Below, piece by piece: positions 25,301 to 38,426 of a DNA stretch of 64,000 nt (position 1 is its first letter; each line of letters begins with the position of its first letter). This DNA is from Azolla caroliniana (Eukaryota; Plantae; Polypodiophyta). The notes beneath the pieces were generated by a model. That model saw only the letters and a list, made by a program, of their open reading frames with translations. It made no database searches and was not told the DNA's origin. A program made the position numbers and the translations under genes. The stretch covers positions 20,088,001 through 20,152,000 of the forward strand of contig JBHGNT010000012.1 in NCBI GenBank assembly GCA_043228905.1. The letters run 5' to 3'.

Positions 25301-26820
25301 GAGAACCATACGTACGAACTGGTGGAGTTGCCAAAAGGAAAGCGAGCACTCCAAAACAAGTGGGTGTACAAGTTGAAACCGGGAATGTCGGCAACCCCCC
25401 GAGATACAAAGCCAGGATCGTGGTGAAGGGGTTTCAGCAGAAGAAGGGCGTGGACTTCGACGAGATATTTGCCCCGGTAGTAAAGATGACCTCCATCCGG
25501 ACGGTGCTGAGTATAGCGGCAAGCATGGACCTCAAGGTAGAGCAGCTAGATGTGATAACGGCATTCCTTCACGGTGACCTCGAAGAGGAGATCTACATGC
25601 AGCAACCGGAAGGATTCGTGGAGAAAGGGAAGGAGCACCTGGTTTTCCGGTTGAAGAAGAGCCTCTACGGGTTGAAGCAGGCCCCCCGGCAATGGTACCG
25701 GAAGTTCGACTCCTTCATGACCGATCAAGGGTACCACAAGACGCAGGCCGATCACTGCGTGTTTGTGAAGAAGTTCGAAGGAGGCGACTTCCTGATACTC
25801 CTTCTGTACGTGGACGACATGTTGATCGTCGGACGGGACCAAGTCAAAATACAGATGTTGAAGAAGGCCCTCAACCGAACCTTCTCAATGAAAGACTTGG
25901 GTCCAGCAAGACAGATGTTGGGGATGCATATTATCCGGAACTAGTCAGCGAAGCAATTATGGCTATCACAGGAGAAGTACGTGACAAAGGTACTTCACCG
26001 GTTCAACATGTCAGATGTGAAACCGGTCGGATCGACACTTCCGGCAAACTACAGGTTATCCGGTAAGTAAAGCCCGAAGACGAAAGCAGAGAAGGCGGAT
26101 ATGATGAAGATTCCATATGCCTCTGCCGTCGGGAGCTTAATGTACGCAATGGTTTGTACCCGATCGGATATAGGATACGCAGTCGGAGCGGTGAGCCGGT
26201 TTAGGAGCAATCCCGGCAAGGAGCATTAGAACGCGGTCAAATACATACTCCGATACTTGAAGGGCACTTCAAATATTTGTCTCCGATTCGGCTCCGGAAA
26301 ACCTCAACTTGATGGTTACACCGATTCGAACATGTCGGCTGATGTGGATACCAACCGATCTACATCCGGGTACGTAATGACATATGCAGGGGGAGCTGTT
26401 TCGTGGCAGTCAAGGCTGCAGAAGACGGTTGCATTGTCAACCACAGAGGCGGAGTACATGGCGGCTGTGGAAGCCGGCAAGGAAATATTATGGATGAAGG
26501 ACTTCATCGGAGAGCTCGGTATCCGGCAAGATGAATACCGGCTCTATTGCGACAGTCAAAGTGCCATCCACCTTGCTAAGAATGCGGCCTATCATTCCCG
26601 GGCAAAGGATATCCAGCGAAGGTATCACTGGATCCGGGAAAGAGTAGATGACCAGGAGTTCGCGCTGATGAAGATCCACACGGCCGAGAACGGGTCAAAT
26701 ATGCTGACCAAAGCGCTGATACCCGACAAGCTGGAGGCATGCCGGAAGACGGAGTGAAGGGGGAGTTTGTTGGGAGACAGGTCCCTCCGGATGGAAAGGG
26801 AGAAGAACAGTGCCGATGAA

Positions 26821-27089
26821 GAGGAGTACCCGGCTACGGAGAGCCAGATGGTGCAGACCCGGTGAGAACCGGATGAGGAGTACCCGGCTACGGAGAGCCA
26901 GATGGTACAGACCCGGTGAGAACCGGATGAGGAGTACCCGGCTACGGAGAGCCGGATGGTACAGACCCGGTGAGAATCGGATGAGGAGTACCCGACTACG
27001 GAGGACCAGATGGTGCAGACCCGGTGAGAACCAGATGAGGAGTACCCGGCTACGGAGAGCCGGGTGGTGAAGACCCGGTGAGGAGTGCT
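26821..27089 (+). repeat. 54-bp tandem array in Copia B 3' LTR U3
   Basis: Same unit and copy number as 14817-15085, offset 12004 bp. Confidence 0.95.
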
Positions 27090-30000
27090 CTCTGGATGAA
27101 GAGACATATTCGTAAATATGTCTCTGAGAGTCCAACGTGGCTATATTTGTAAATAGCCGAAAAGTCATATTAGTATAAATATGACTTAGGGCAAACCCTT
27201 TTTTGTGTGTGGTTGTCATTGTTGTTGGTGCAAGGAGGGAGAGAGAGCGCGCGTAACTGTGTACAGAGAGAGAGAGAGAGAGAGAGAAAGAGGTTGTTGC
27301 CTCTGTTGTAACCGCCGCCTGTGGCGAGGATCGTGAGCACGAGGTCGTTGCCTCCGTGAACTCACTGTTGTACATTCTAACATAGTGATAGTTTGCAGCC
27401 GTGGGCTGCCGTGGTTTTTCCCTTAGTTTGGGTTTTCCACGTAAACATCCTGCGTACTCGTCTCTTCTTCGTGTCGTTCATTATTTCCCATTTTCTGTGT
27501 ACGATTCTAAGCTCGGTTGTGGCCGAGCGTTGCGTATAGGGAGTGTGCAGTTCTCGACAACTTTCACCTCCAATGACCAGATCATCCACGTATAGGATGA
27601 TGACAATTAAGCTTCTAGAACCGTGTCATACGTAGAGGGAGTTGTCGGATTTCGACATTCGAAAGCCGATTTGATGAAGATAGTGCGTAATCTTCAAATG
27701 CCAAGCACGGGGTGCTTGCTTAAGGCCATAGAGTGGCTTCTTGAGTCGGCACATGGCTTTCGGATGAATGCGTGATTCGAAGCCAGGAGGTTGTACCATG
27801 TACACCTCTTCTAATTTGCCTTGGAGGAAAGCGTTCTTGACGTCCATCTAGTGGAGGTGCCACCCTTTCGCCGCTGCAAGTGCAATTACGGTCTGCACCG
27901 TCGTCATCTTTGCCACCGGGGCAAAGGTTTCTTTATAGTCGACTCCGTGTGTTTGTGCGTATCCTTTTGCTACGAGTCGAGCTTTGTAACGGTTTATGGA
28001 GCCGTCGGCATTATACTTCACCTTGTAGATCCATCTGTAGCCAATTGCCTTCTTGTGTGGTGAGTGGGGAACTAGATCCCATGTCTCGTTCTTGCGTAAT
28101 GCACACATCTCCTCGTTCATTGCTTCGATCCATCGCGGGTCCTTCGCGGCTTCAGAAAAGTTTTTTGGCTCCCATACTATTGCCACCTTCATCATAAATG
28201 CGTAATGGTACGCCATGTACTCATCATAGCCGAATCGGCTTACGAGGTTCTTTTCACGGGTGGACCGGCGGAGCTTCTCGTTTGCGGACTCTAAGGCTTT
28301 CTCCAGTCCATTTGTCCGGATGTTAAACCCTTCGAACTCACTATCGAGGGAGTGAGTTGATTCAATGCCGTCGAAATGATCGTCTTCATACTCCGGCATT
28401 TTGGACTTCCCTTTGTCTAGCTTCGGAATCGGTCGAGATGTGCTTTGATCGCTCGGAAGCTCTTGTGGTCCGCTCAGTCGGGTCGTGATCGGACTTTCTT
28501 CGAACATGTGCGTAAGCCGATCTTCGGCTTCTATCTCTATTTCGGCGAAATCTGGATCGAGCAGAATTGAAGTCGAAGTTGTCTTTGGTGCATACCAAGA
28601 TGCGGACTCGTCGAAAGTGACGTCTCGACTTACTCGAGATTTTCGAGTTGAGGGGTTATAGCACTTGTACCCCTTTTGCTCCAGTGAGTATCCTATGAGG
28701 ATACATTTCTCCGACTTCGGGTCGAGCTTTTGTCACTTTCGTCGGGGATGTGCACATACACAATGAAGCCGAATATCTGAACATGTGATAGATCCGGCTT
28801 CTTTCCGAAAAACTTCTTGTGCAGCGTGAGTTCATGCACGCCGGATGTCGTACACTAATTCATGACGGTCATGTTAGCTGCTTTTCGTTAAGCATAGCTC
28901 GTGCCACTTCTGAGGATGTGTCGATTCTTGTGTTCAGCTACTCCGTTCTGTTGTGGCGTATGTCGACACGTTTTCATAAATCGGGCCTCATCTGCCTCGT
29001 CCTTCGCCGAATCGGCCTCTTCTTACACGGCCGCGTCCTCTTCCTCCATCTGAATGCGTGTAGAGCATGTGGCCTTCCGAGGCGTTGCTCCTTGTTCGAA
29101 CATGATTCTCTTCGACCAACAACATGGATTGAAGATCAAAGAAGGAGGGCAGATTCTCCCGTGCTAGTACGGCGGTCCGCATCGTGTCGAACCGTGGTGC
29201 AAGGCCGCCGAGTCATATTTGCACCATTTCGTCATCCTCCACATTGACACTTATCGAGCCGAGTGCATCACAAAGCTCCTTGATCTTCAAGGTGTAGCTT
29301 GTAATGGACATATCTCGTTGTTGGATGTTGTTCAAATTTTGGCGGAGTTGAAGCTTTCTCGCGGTCGTGTTGGCGGCGAAAATCTTTCGTAGATTCTCCC
29401 ACGCTTCCTTCAGCGTCTCGGCTTCTCGAATGTAGCCGAGCATGTGGTCGTGAACACATGTCACCAAGCAATATATCACTCGTCTTGCCGCTTGCTCCCA
29501 AGTTGCATAGTCAGCGTCTTTCGGGTCAGGTCAGTTTTCTTGTGCTCCCTTGATGTAACTCCAATTGCCTTGGCCGACAAGGTATTGATGCATCTTGTAT
29601 TCCCAAGATGCAAAGTTATTGCGATCCAACTTCTCGCTAGGGAGAGCTCTCCCCATTTGAGTGTTCATTGTTGATTAAGCTTCCTTTCTTCTTTTCCTTC
29701 TCTCTCGAACACGAGCTATGTAGTGGTACTACAATAACGATGAGTCGGTTCTTCTTGAACGTCGGTGTAGAGCACAACACGTGATCACGATGAGGCGAGT
29801 GGGCTAGATCGAGCTACCAAATCGCTCTAATACCACGCAAAGAATCGGGTATGATTCTTGTGTAGCGGAAGAGATGTGTGTTATGTGTATGTGTGAGAGG
29901 AATTAGAGGAGAGATGAGAGAACACAAGATAGGTAGAAAAAGGAATACTCAAGAAGAAGGTTTATATTTCACAAGTAGAATAAGCATTACAAAATGTAGC

Positions 30001-30264
30001 ATAATAAGGAGTCACAACCGACTTAGTATGAAGTATGAGGAGGGTGCTTTATATAGAGTCACCCTCTCTCTTCATTAACTTAGAACAACCAGTCTCTCTC
30101 TTGGGGAATGTGAAGACTCATAGTCATGGGGAATATGTAACTCATTAGTTATGTCAATCATAGAATATGATTCTATGACACATAGTTAATGTGTGGAGAG
30201 TAGTGGTTAATTTGTAGAGAGTTAATGTAGAGTATGGGAGTAGTTAATGTGTAGAGAGTTAATG

Positions 30265-31593
30265 TTGCAACCTTATTCACCAATTCTTCTAATTCATCAA
30301 TACATAAGCCAAAGAGTGTGGGAGATAGTGGACATCCTTGCTTGACCCCCATGTTACTTAAAAAGTGCTTTGAGAATCCACTATCCATTTTTAGTTGACA
30401 TTTAACTTGTTCATATAGGCGTGTATCAGCTACTCTATACTCTAATGGCACGTCAATCTCTACCATTCTATTCCAAAGCTCACTTTGTGGTACGGTATCA
30501 AAAGCTTTCTTGAAATCAACAAAACAACAGTAAAGTGTTTTTCTTTGTAGTCGATTGTCTTCCATGATTACTCTCAATGTGATCAAAGGATCCACAATGG
30601 AGTGTTTTGGTCTAAATCTTGCTTGCCCAAGTACTCTTTTACTGAAACATTCAACCCATGTGCTTATCGTTTGCTCCATAGTAGCTATATAATTTAGCAA
30701 TAGTTGAGCTCACCATTATTGTACGATAATTTGACACTTGATTCTTATCTCTGACTTTAAATATTGGTTTAATCCAATTCATACGCCAATAATTTGGATA
30801 ACCTTGTTTTATAGCTTGCTCTATAATTGTCAATATCCAATGACAAGTATGTGGCCTTGTTCATTTTAAAAGCTCACTTGATACATAAGTTACATCTGTT
30901 GCTTTCCACACACCATCTTCTTTATTCCGTTATTGACATCATCAATATCGATACATGTATTGCATAGTGTTTCAATGTTCTCAACCATAGGAGCCACACC
31001 TTTATGCATATATAGTCTTTCTACATAAAGCATCTCTTCATTTGTAAAGTGACTGTTCACATCTTCTTTCTTACCCCCCATGCTAATTTTGGTTTGAGCT
31101 TAAAAAAGTTTTTCTTTTTCATCTCTTGCATTTGGAAATATCTTCTTTTCTTTCTCCTCACTGTCTTCTTATATAAGTGCCATGCAACAATCCTTTCATT
31201 TTCCCCTTCTATAAACTTAAACTATTTGGGATATATCTTACATTCATCATCGGACCAAGAATTACATGGAACACTAGACATCTTATGCCCACCAACATGC
31301 CTCTTAGAAGTATTGATATCCGACCTTAAGGATGATATCCTTCAAATGTTGTCAATTCTCTTTAACATTGTTGCTTAGAGAAAATTGTAGCAAATGGTTC
31401 TCCACTTCATTTGCATATATCTTAGCTTTTTCATAGCAAGGTGGAATGATACATCTCTTTTCCTCTTTCAGTCCATGACATCTATTGATGAAATGTGGAA
31501 TTGCAAGCTATACGTACAATATTATGGCTTATGGTCTGCGTTTGGAGTTAGAGAACCAACTTTAAACACATTCACCAAGGATAGATCACATAC

Positions 31594-31596
<3 letters not shown>
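30265..31596 (-). mobile_element. RTE-like LINE, 5' part (end of APE endonuclease and RT), degenerate
   Basis: CFVDFKKAFDTVP, GVKQGCPLSPTLF and WIKPIFK..DKNQVSNYRTI motifs; an ADHKP (SDH-like) endonuclease motif at about 31527-31545. Confidence 0.9.

Positions 31597-31597
<1 letters not shown>

Positions 31598-31645
<48 letters not shown>
31598..31645. repeat. Compound (AT)n(AG)n microsatellite
   Basis: Direct reading. Confidence 0.95.
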
Positions 31646-31657
31646 TGAGATGCACAA

Positions 31658-32091
31658 ATGGTGTAGCTCAGTCCGTAAGGTTGCCCAATGGAGATCATGT
31701 GGTCATGGGTTCAACCCCCTACATTCCACAATGGCATCTAGTGAAATAAGAGATATCACTCTGTGGAGTAATAGAGAGGTGAGGAAATTGGGTGGTTTCG
31801 AACCCAAGATGTAGTGTAAACAACTTACCGCCATGTCGTAAGCTAATTACGATAAAAGTGAGAGAGGTATAAAGATTTTACCCTACAGATGGATGTAGCT
31901 CAATTGGTAAGGTTGCCAAATGGAGACTAGGTGGTCATGGGTTCAACCCCTACATTCCACAGTGGCATTTAGTGAAATAAGGGATATATCTATGGAGTAA
32001 ATAGACAAGTGAGAAAATTGGGTTTCGAACCCAAGATGTCGTGCTAATAGTGTAAATGACTTACCACTAGGGTAAGCTAATTACGATAAAA
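31658..32091. repeat. Tandem dimer (period 232 bp) of a unit carrying two convergent tRNA-derived, SINE-like heads
   Basis: Plus strand: TAGCTCAGTCCG (31664) with GGTTCAACCC (31708), and TAGCTCAATTGG (31896) with GGTTCAACCC (31940). Minus strand: B boxes GGTTCGAAAC at 31795-31804 and 32022-32031, each with an upstream TAGCTTA...GGTAAG. Confidence 0.7.
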
Positions 32092-34286
32092 AAGTACATA
32101 TGACGTATGGAACCAACAGTGAAACAAATTCATTATGGTATGCGTGGAATTGAGTAGTGAATCTCGATGTTCAAGAATTTTACTAATCAACATTTTATAA
32201 AGAGTGCACCTAATTATTGCAAGAGGAATGTGTAGGGAGTGTACCATATTGAGTCTTGACGATTTATGAGAAGCAAACTTGAATGTGGTCAAATGCTACA
32301 CATTGCATCCCAATTTCCAAACCATTTTTTCATAGATTGCATCCATCTAGAACCAAAAATTTGCTTTGGTGTGTATTTTGAATATCTTTACTTGCTTTCC
32401 ATGTAATCCTAAGTTGAACTGAGGTTTTTTTAAACCTTAACCATGTATTTGAAGACACTTTCCATGGCCATGATTTCAATGAGAAGTCATTTGGCCTCAA
32501 GTAGTATATGTATGGCATTTTGTGGCTTGACTTGAAAAAATAAAATCGTAACAAAGAGCTTTTGGACATTTCCGCTTTTTTTACCATCTAATGTTGCAAG
32601 ATGAAGTTTACTTAATCAAGCATTGGATAATGGGTTTGACTTTTGTGTTTACTTTTTTATTTTAGCATGAGATCATGCACTCTAGTAGTAAGAATGTCAT
32701 TTTTTTGAGTATGAGATTGTAACATTTATTCAAATTGAAAACAATACCATTATTGAATCAAAGTCAATGCTAATAAAATACTTGTGTAAACTTAAAATCA
32801 ATGCTATTAAAATATTTGGACAAACCTTTAACTAACCACAATGGTGATGGGCTTCATCATGTTCTAATCTTGGTGAAACACTACTCGCATATTTTGGCAT
32901 TTGACATTGGGATTGGACAAAATGCTCACCTATAAAGAAGTTAGAATGAAGAACACTCTCATGTAACAAAGATGGATTTCGAACGTTTTATTGCTAAGCA
33001 CATGTTGCATTAACAATCTTTATAGGCTCAAAATGTACTTTTCACTTGAGCTATTACAAAGATGGTTCTTGATCTCATATTGTGAAACAATCCTTGTCAA
33101 TTTCATAACAAACAATGTATCATGATCAGTTGCTACATTCACATTGCTAAAACAAATCAATCTAATTCTAAAATGAACAAATAAAGTGAGATGCAATTAA
33201 AACTCATTAAACAATAGGATGTGTTTCCTTTTCTAAATTCAAATGATTATTTATATTGGTTTTGATCATGAATCAAGATTTTTTTCATAATATATAACAA
33301 TTTGACTTTCAAAGTGTCTTCAACAAGAGGTTGTCCAGTGCTTCTAGCAATGGTTTTTTGCAAGTCAACATTCATCTTCTTATGCCAATATTGAAGAATA
33401 TCACCCATTTGGAGCAAAGTTGTGCCATTGACTTTTAAGCATATTCCTCTACCTTATAATGACTTAGGCCCAAAGAGAGTACATTGGGAGGAAAGTTTGA
33501 TGTGAAGACTTTTGAGTAGGATAAGTGTAAGTCAACTTAGGGAAAGAACTAGGCATGCACTAAATAAAAAAATGAGATTAATAATTTGATTCATCAAGAG
33601 GTTTCAGCAAGAACTCATCAAGCACAATAGTACAATTGAGATCAAGCCTCTAATGGGCGAAGGATAGGTGAATATAACCAATCTTGCTTTCTCTCTTTTC
33701 AATAAATGATACGTAAGGACTCTAAAACAACCATGAAAACATACACTATTGTAACTTACGATGATCTTCTTTGACATATATGACCATTTAATCTTCTAGC
33801 TTTGTTTTAACACCACTAAGGAAATATACTGTTTCCGTCATTAGTAGTTCAATATGCACATGCATTATACATCGTTTTTTAATGAAAAACTTGCATTCTG
33901 AATTAGGACACCAAACACATGCATATGCTCATGATTCCATGATACATGCTGAAGGATTTACCGAAACATAATTTGATGAATTCTATCTTTCTATTGTGTG
34001 AACAAATTTCCAATGTTATTTGGATGCATGCTCATACTACCACACCTACATGCACATACAGCTTGTGGGTGCACTTGCTTAGAAAAAACTGCTAGGAAAA
34101 GGAATGAAAGCAGTTTTACAAACTATACATCGATAACCCAATTACAAATTACACTAGACAACACCTCATAAACATCCAAGGAAATCAACATTCACACAAC
34201 TTACCCAATCCAAACATGTCAAGTGAGGCAACAAAAAATAAACATCCTATTACTATTATCTCATTGTTTCATCTTTAATTATCTCA

Positions 34287-34342
<56 letters not shown>

Positions 34343-34850
34343 TATCTCATTGTTTCATCTTTAGAACAAGCTTTATTGCAAAACCTACTTATTTCCAAAA
34401 GTACAAGCCTTTATATTAGTTTAATATCACAAATGATAGAGCGCCTTTTTTAAAAGACTTCCATTGGGAGTATCAATATACAAATTTACAATCAATGTAT
34501 GGAATATTTTTGTTCACAATTGCAAACTTGATTATCTAGTAAGTAATGAATGACACATTTGAGATTTGCAATGGAAGAAAACTAGTATACAAACATGCGA
34601 TGAACTATTTAAGTAAAATGTACCTAAGGAAAGAGGGGGTCTAATTTTTTCGTGATAGATGTTGTTGCTGGACCATCTATTGCCATTAGAATTCATACTA
34701 CGTTGTTTATCAGCCAATTCAGTTTATGGTTTCCATAATCGTTTTTGGGGGACACAACAAACCCAATCTTGTCCCTTTGGACAATGTCATCATTTCACAG
34801 TTGAATTTTATAAGTGCCACACCCTTGTTGGCTATTCAGGCCCCTTTGGT

Positions 34851-37800
34851 TCACTTGACCCTACTCTCTCTTTGAGTTTTCACATGCAATCTCGCCTCGA
34901 ATTCACATCTAGGGCATGGAGGGTCATGTGTGTGCACAAGAGCCGTGGCATGTTCAAGACATTCGGCATGGAAAATGTGACCACATTCAAGGACACTAAC
35001 CACTGGTAATTCTTTGCTTCTCGAGATCCTCGGAAAGTCTGAAGGTGACTTCCAAGATGTCACTTTCAAGCATAGACTACACTTATGAGGTTCCCTATGA
35101 GAGATAGGGTAATGGTACTCTTGGCGCATCGCCTCCATACAAAGCTTGAAGGAAAAATCTTCATTCTTGTGACTTATACGATCCACAAAAGCATCCGTCT
35201 TTGAAGATATGTCCATATTGGACCATCTCGAGCTTCTTGGAAGTGACATCTCCAAGAGGTCAGCAAAAGAATGCATGTTATAGGAGTGTTCTGTCGAAGT
35301 GCTATCGCTAACACCACTACTTGCCAAACCAAGCGGGGGCTCGATAAGCCTGCCTTCCTTCGACTTGAAGCGACCCATTGTGGACCTCTTAGAGATTGAT
35401 CCAATCGACCCAAATGAAATTGATCGTTCTGACTCCTGTTGTTGACATGAAAAGAGATTGTTCTTGTCATATCCTGAGTCAACACATGTGGCATAGCTAA
35501 AGAAAGTTGAATCAATGTTATATAGTAGGGGAAAATAAAAAAATTGCCCCTAAGTTGTTACATATTTACCATTACACCCATAAGCTTTCAAACTTTTACT
35601 AGAATACACTTGTAGCACTAGACAGTGTACTCATGAGGGGTATTCTCGCAGGTTTGAAATCTTACGGGGATTCTAGTAAAGATCCACCAAGTTAAGGAAT
35701 ATTTTGATACTTTTCCCTGTATAAAGTATTATAGGACATGAAAAGCATAGACCAAAGAAAATTAAATCACCATCCTAACAAACCTGACGTGAAAATGTTC
35801 CAAACTTTTGTAAGCTTTGGTCTGTTTAAAAACCAATCACAACCAGATAATATAGATCAGTCAAAAGTGAAATGGTTAAATTGATTATCTTAAAACACAC
35901 ATCCCAGGTTCTTGAAACTACTTTGTTGTTCTTTACATAAGTGAGTGCATAGCCTTCTTAATGTAAAAACCCTAAATCATCATATGCCTGACCAATACAA
36001 AAAAAAACTTGTAGAAAGCTGGATTGTGAAGTTCACCATTTTTTTGATAAATTATCCATATACAATAATAGTAAAGGGTATGCAGCCATAGCAGAGAGTA
36101 AAGCACTAGTGGACAACCCTGGCATACCGAGTTATCTAGGGACTAAGCATGTATGAATTTTCTGTTAGACATATATGAGGACTCATTGTTTTGATAGAGG
36201 AAATAAACAACTTTTAAAACTTCTTTTACTCCAAGTTCAGTCGTGTATTTTTTGCATATTCTATACCAATCTATGCATTTTCAGTGTTGTCTGTTATGTG
36301 TGTGTGTGGGATAATGCCGTACTGCTGTAAATGAATTGTATATAAGCCATCTGTCATTGAGTGCACAACTAGTTTAACGAATAGTAAGTGAACTACTGCA
36401 TATACGTAATCAGAAGTCAATCCCCTACATATTCACACATGGTCCTTTTGAGGACGAGTTTCAATTGTCCTTTCCATGAACTTCGTTATGTTCCCGAATA
36501 TCGAGTGCCACTTATGAGGTAAAGAATGGCAGATTTTTAAATCTTCCCAAATTTGGAGATGAAATTCAGCAGCTATAGACCATCCAGCCAAGTGCCTTCC
36601 ATTTACCTAATTCATGTATGGTGGCTTGCAATTCATTTTTAAGAAAAATCAGCTTCCAGCCCATGTGTTCATTGTGGACTAAGAATAGGTGATATATATG
36701 TGAGAAATTCTTATCTAGCTACTTTAGATTGTGAATTGATCGAAGGAGAGGAAGCAGGGTTCATGAAGAAATGCTTGACACATTCTTGTTCCAACTCTGC
36801 TTTGGTGGATGTCCGCCAAGTATTCATCATTTTTAATTTTTTATGATAAAAGAGATTTGAAAAGAACTGCGTGGAAAAGCAAACTTTGTCAAGACTTGAT
36901 ACATCTCTAGCAGATATATAGATCATGTTGATCGATTTTGACTTTGGAGACACCGAAAAGTCCTTCATTAGCACATGTCAAGTGACATTCATCTTACAGT
37001 TATTGTAGTCTATACAGTTAGCTTTGGCAAGATGTATTGTATTCCTATGCTCGTGAGTATACCACATACCGTGATCATCTATGACAACTTGCATCCACAT
37101 TTTAAACCTGTGCCAGGAAATATTTGGATTGTGATCAATTTTGCAGGTGTATAGAGGCAATTAGTGTGCAAACCATTTGTTGGAAGTGATCATGTGACAG
37201 GTAACTTTTAGTAACTTTGGGTTTTCGTCCACAAAGGTTGATTGCCAACATGCAAGCCATATAAATACAGATAGAAATATGTAGAGGTACATCCATTTCC
37301 ACATCTACCTACAGAGATATACATCCACATATTATAGATACACATAGACATTCACATATACATAAGCATATGATTAGACCATGATTATCAACCATTTGAG
37401 TTAAAAAATTTATAAAGTACTAGAGATAAAGAAAAGCAAGACATACCTGAATGCATAATCTCGCGATCCGAGACCTCATTTGATGTCAAGGAAGGGCAGT
37501 AGTGTGAAAAATGGAAGCTATCTGACATGGTAGGACAATTGTCCACTCCCTCATATTGAAATTCATGATGTTTATTATCATTTTGTTGAGAAGAAACAAT
37601 CAATCCAACAAAGTCATTACCACTACTACTGTTGCTTCTGTAGCGTCTGTTGCTAGAGGAGCGAGAAGACCTATTCTGTTGAAGAGGATGAGGTATGACG
37701 GAGGTCTCATGATTATCTTCATCACCATCCATGGAAGCTCCACATTCATATGGTTTTCGTCTTCGCCGTCGTCTTCTTCTTCTTCCCCAATCTTGTTGAA

Positions 37801-37858
37801 ATGACAGAGATTTTGATGGGTCCCGAGACCCTTTCATCACACCACACACGGAACCCAT
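34851..37858 (-). CDS. Plant RING-type zinc-finger protein, about 344 aa; exons 37858-37447 and 35473-34851
   Basis: C-terminal CSLC...VVSVLECGHIFHAECLE...DPPCPRC; N-terminal MGSVCGV; phase-1 donor G|GTATGT after 37447 joins in frame to acceptor CTCAG|GA at 35473 (412+623=1035 nt). The acceptor choice is inferred from frame. Confidence 0.8.
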
Positions 37859-38333
37859 ATAAATCCCCTGTTTTGACGTATATATTTGTTAAAAAACACT
37901 AAATTTTGCCCTGTATGGACAGATATATACAGGTAGGAACCTTAAGTTTTTCCTTCCTCTGACACATACATATAAGTAGAAACCCTAATTGTTGCCTTGT
38001 CTTGCAACATAAATAGGTCGAAACCCTGAATTTTGCTCTGTTTTGGCATATTCCTATATAGGGGCCCTAAATTGGGCCCTATTTTGACATATATGTATAT
38101 ACAGGTAGAAACCCTAATGCTCGTACAGCGTCGATCAATGTTTGCGTATAAACCTCCTAACTATCTATCTACACACACATATATATATAATTACTGGATT
38201 CTCTGATCGTTCTTTGATTTCTAGCTCTGCATCAGAGCCAGGGGAAAATTTGAGCTTTGAACAGATGGCAGGATTTAGGGTTATTTTCACTGTCAGATTT
38301 GGAGGCTAATGAAAATGGAACCCTAATCTTCTT

Positions 38334-38364
<31 letters not shown>

Positions 38365-38426
38365 AGAGCTTTGCATTATTGTTGAAGAAGCTTAAATGTT
38401 TGTATGAACAATAAAATTGGTGCAGG

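Larger units (their letters stand above)
14764..27559 (+). mobile_element. Copia B: degenerate Tnt1/Tto1-like Copia inserted in the RT of Copia A (own internal sequence about 23419-26767)
   Basis: TSD ACTTT at 14759-14763 and 27560-27564; 3' LTR 26768-27559; 5' LTR remnant 14764-15303; PPT GAAGGGGGAG before 26768; zinc knuckle CFYCGKPGHFQKSC, protease VDSGAS, integrase, RT YVDDML and RNase H, with several stops and frameshifts. Confidence 0.95.
13245..30206 (-). mobile_element. Copia A: degenerate Ty1/Copia element hosting nested insertions (own internal sequence 13696-14763 and 27560-29835)
   Basis: 3' LTR 13245-13695 (TG...CA) with PPT at about 13696-13709; truncated 5' LTR 29836-30206; Met-i PBS variant TGGTATTAGAGC at 29824-29835; gag, integrase, RT and RNase H fragments; RT reads GGES|LVDINKVK across the Copia B insertion. 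Confidence 0.93.

Noticed and set aside
36410-36974. Possible extra exons inside the RING gene intron
   Set aside because: The candidate acceptor at 36606 gives a stop in the required phase, and the two-exon model is already in frame.
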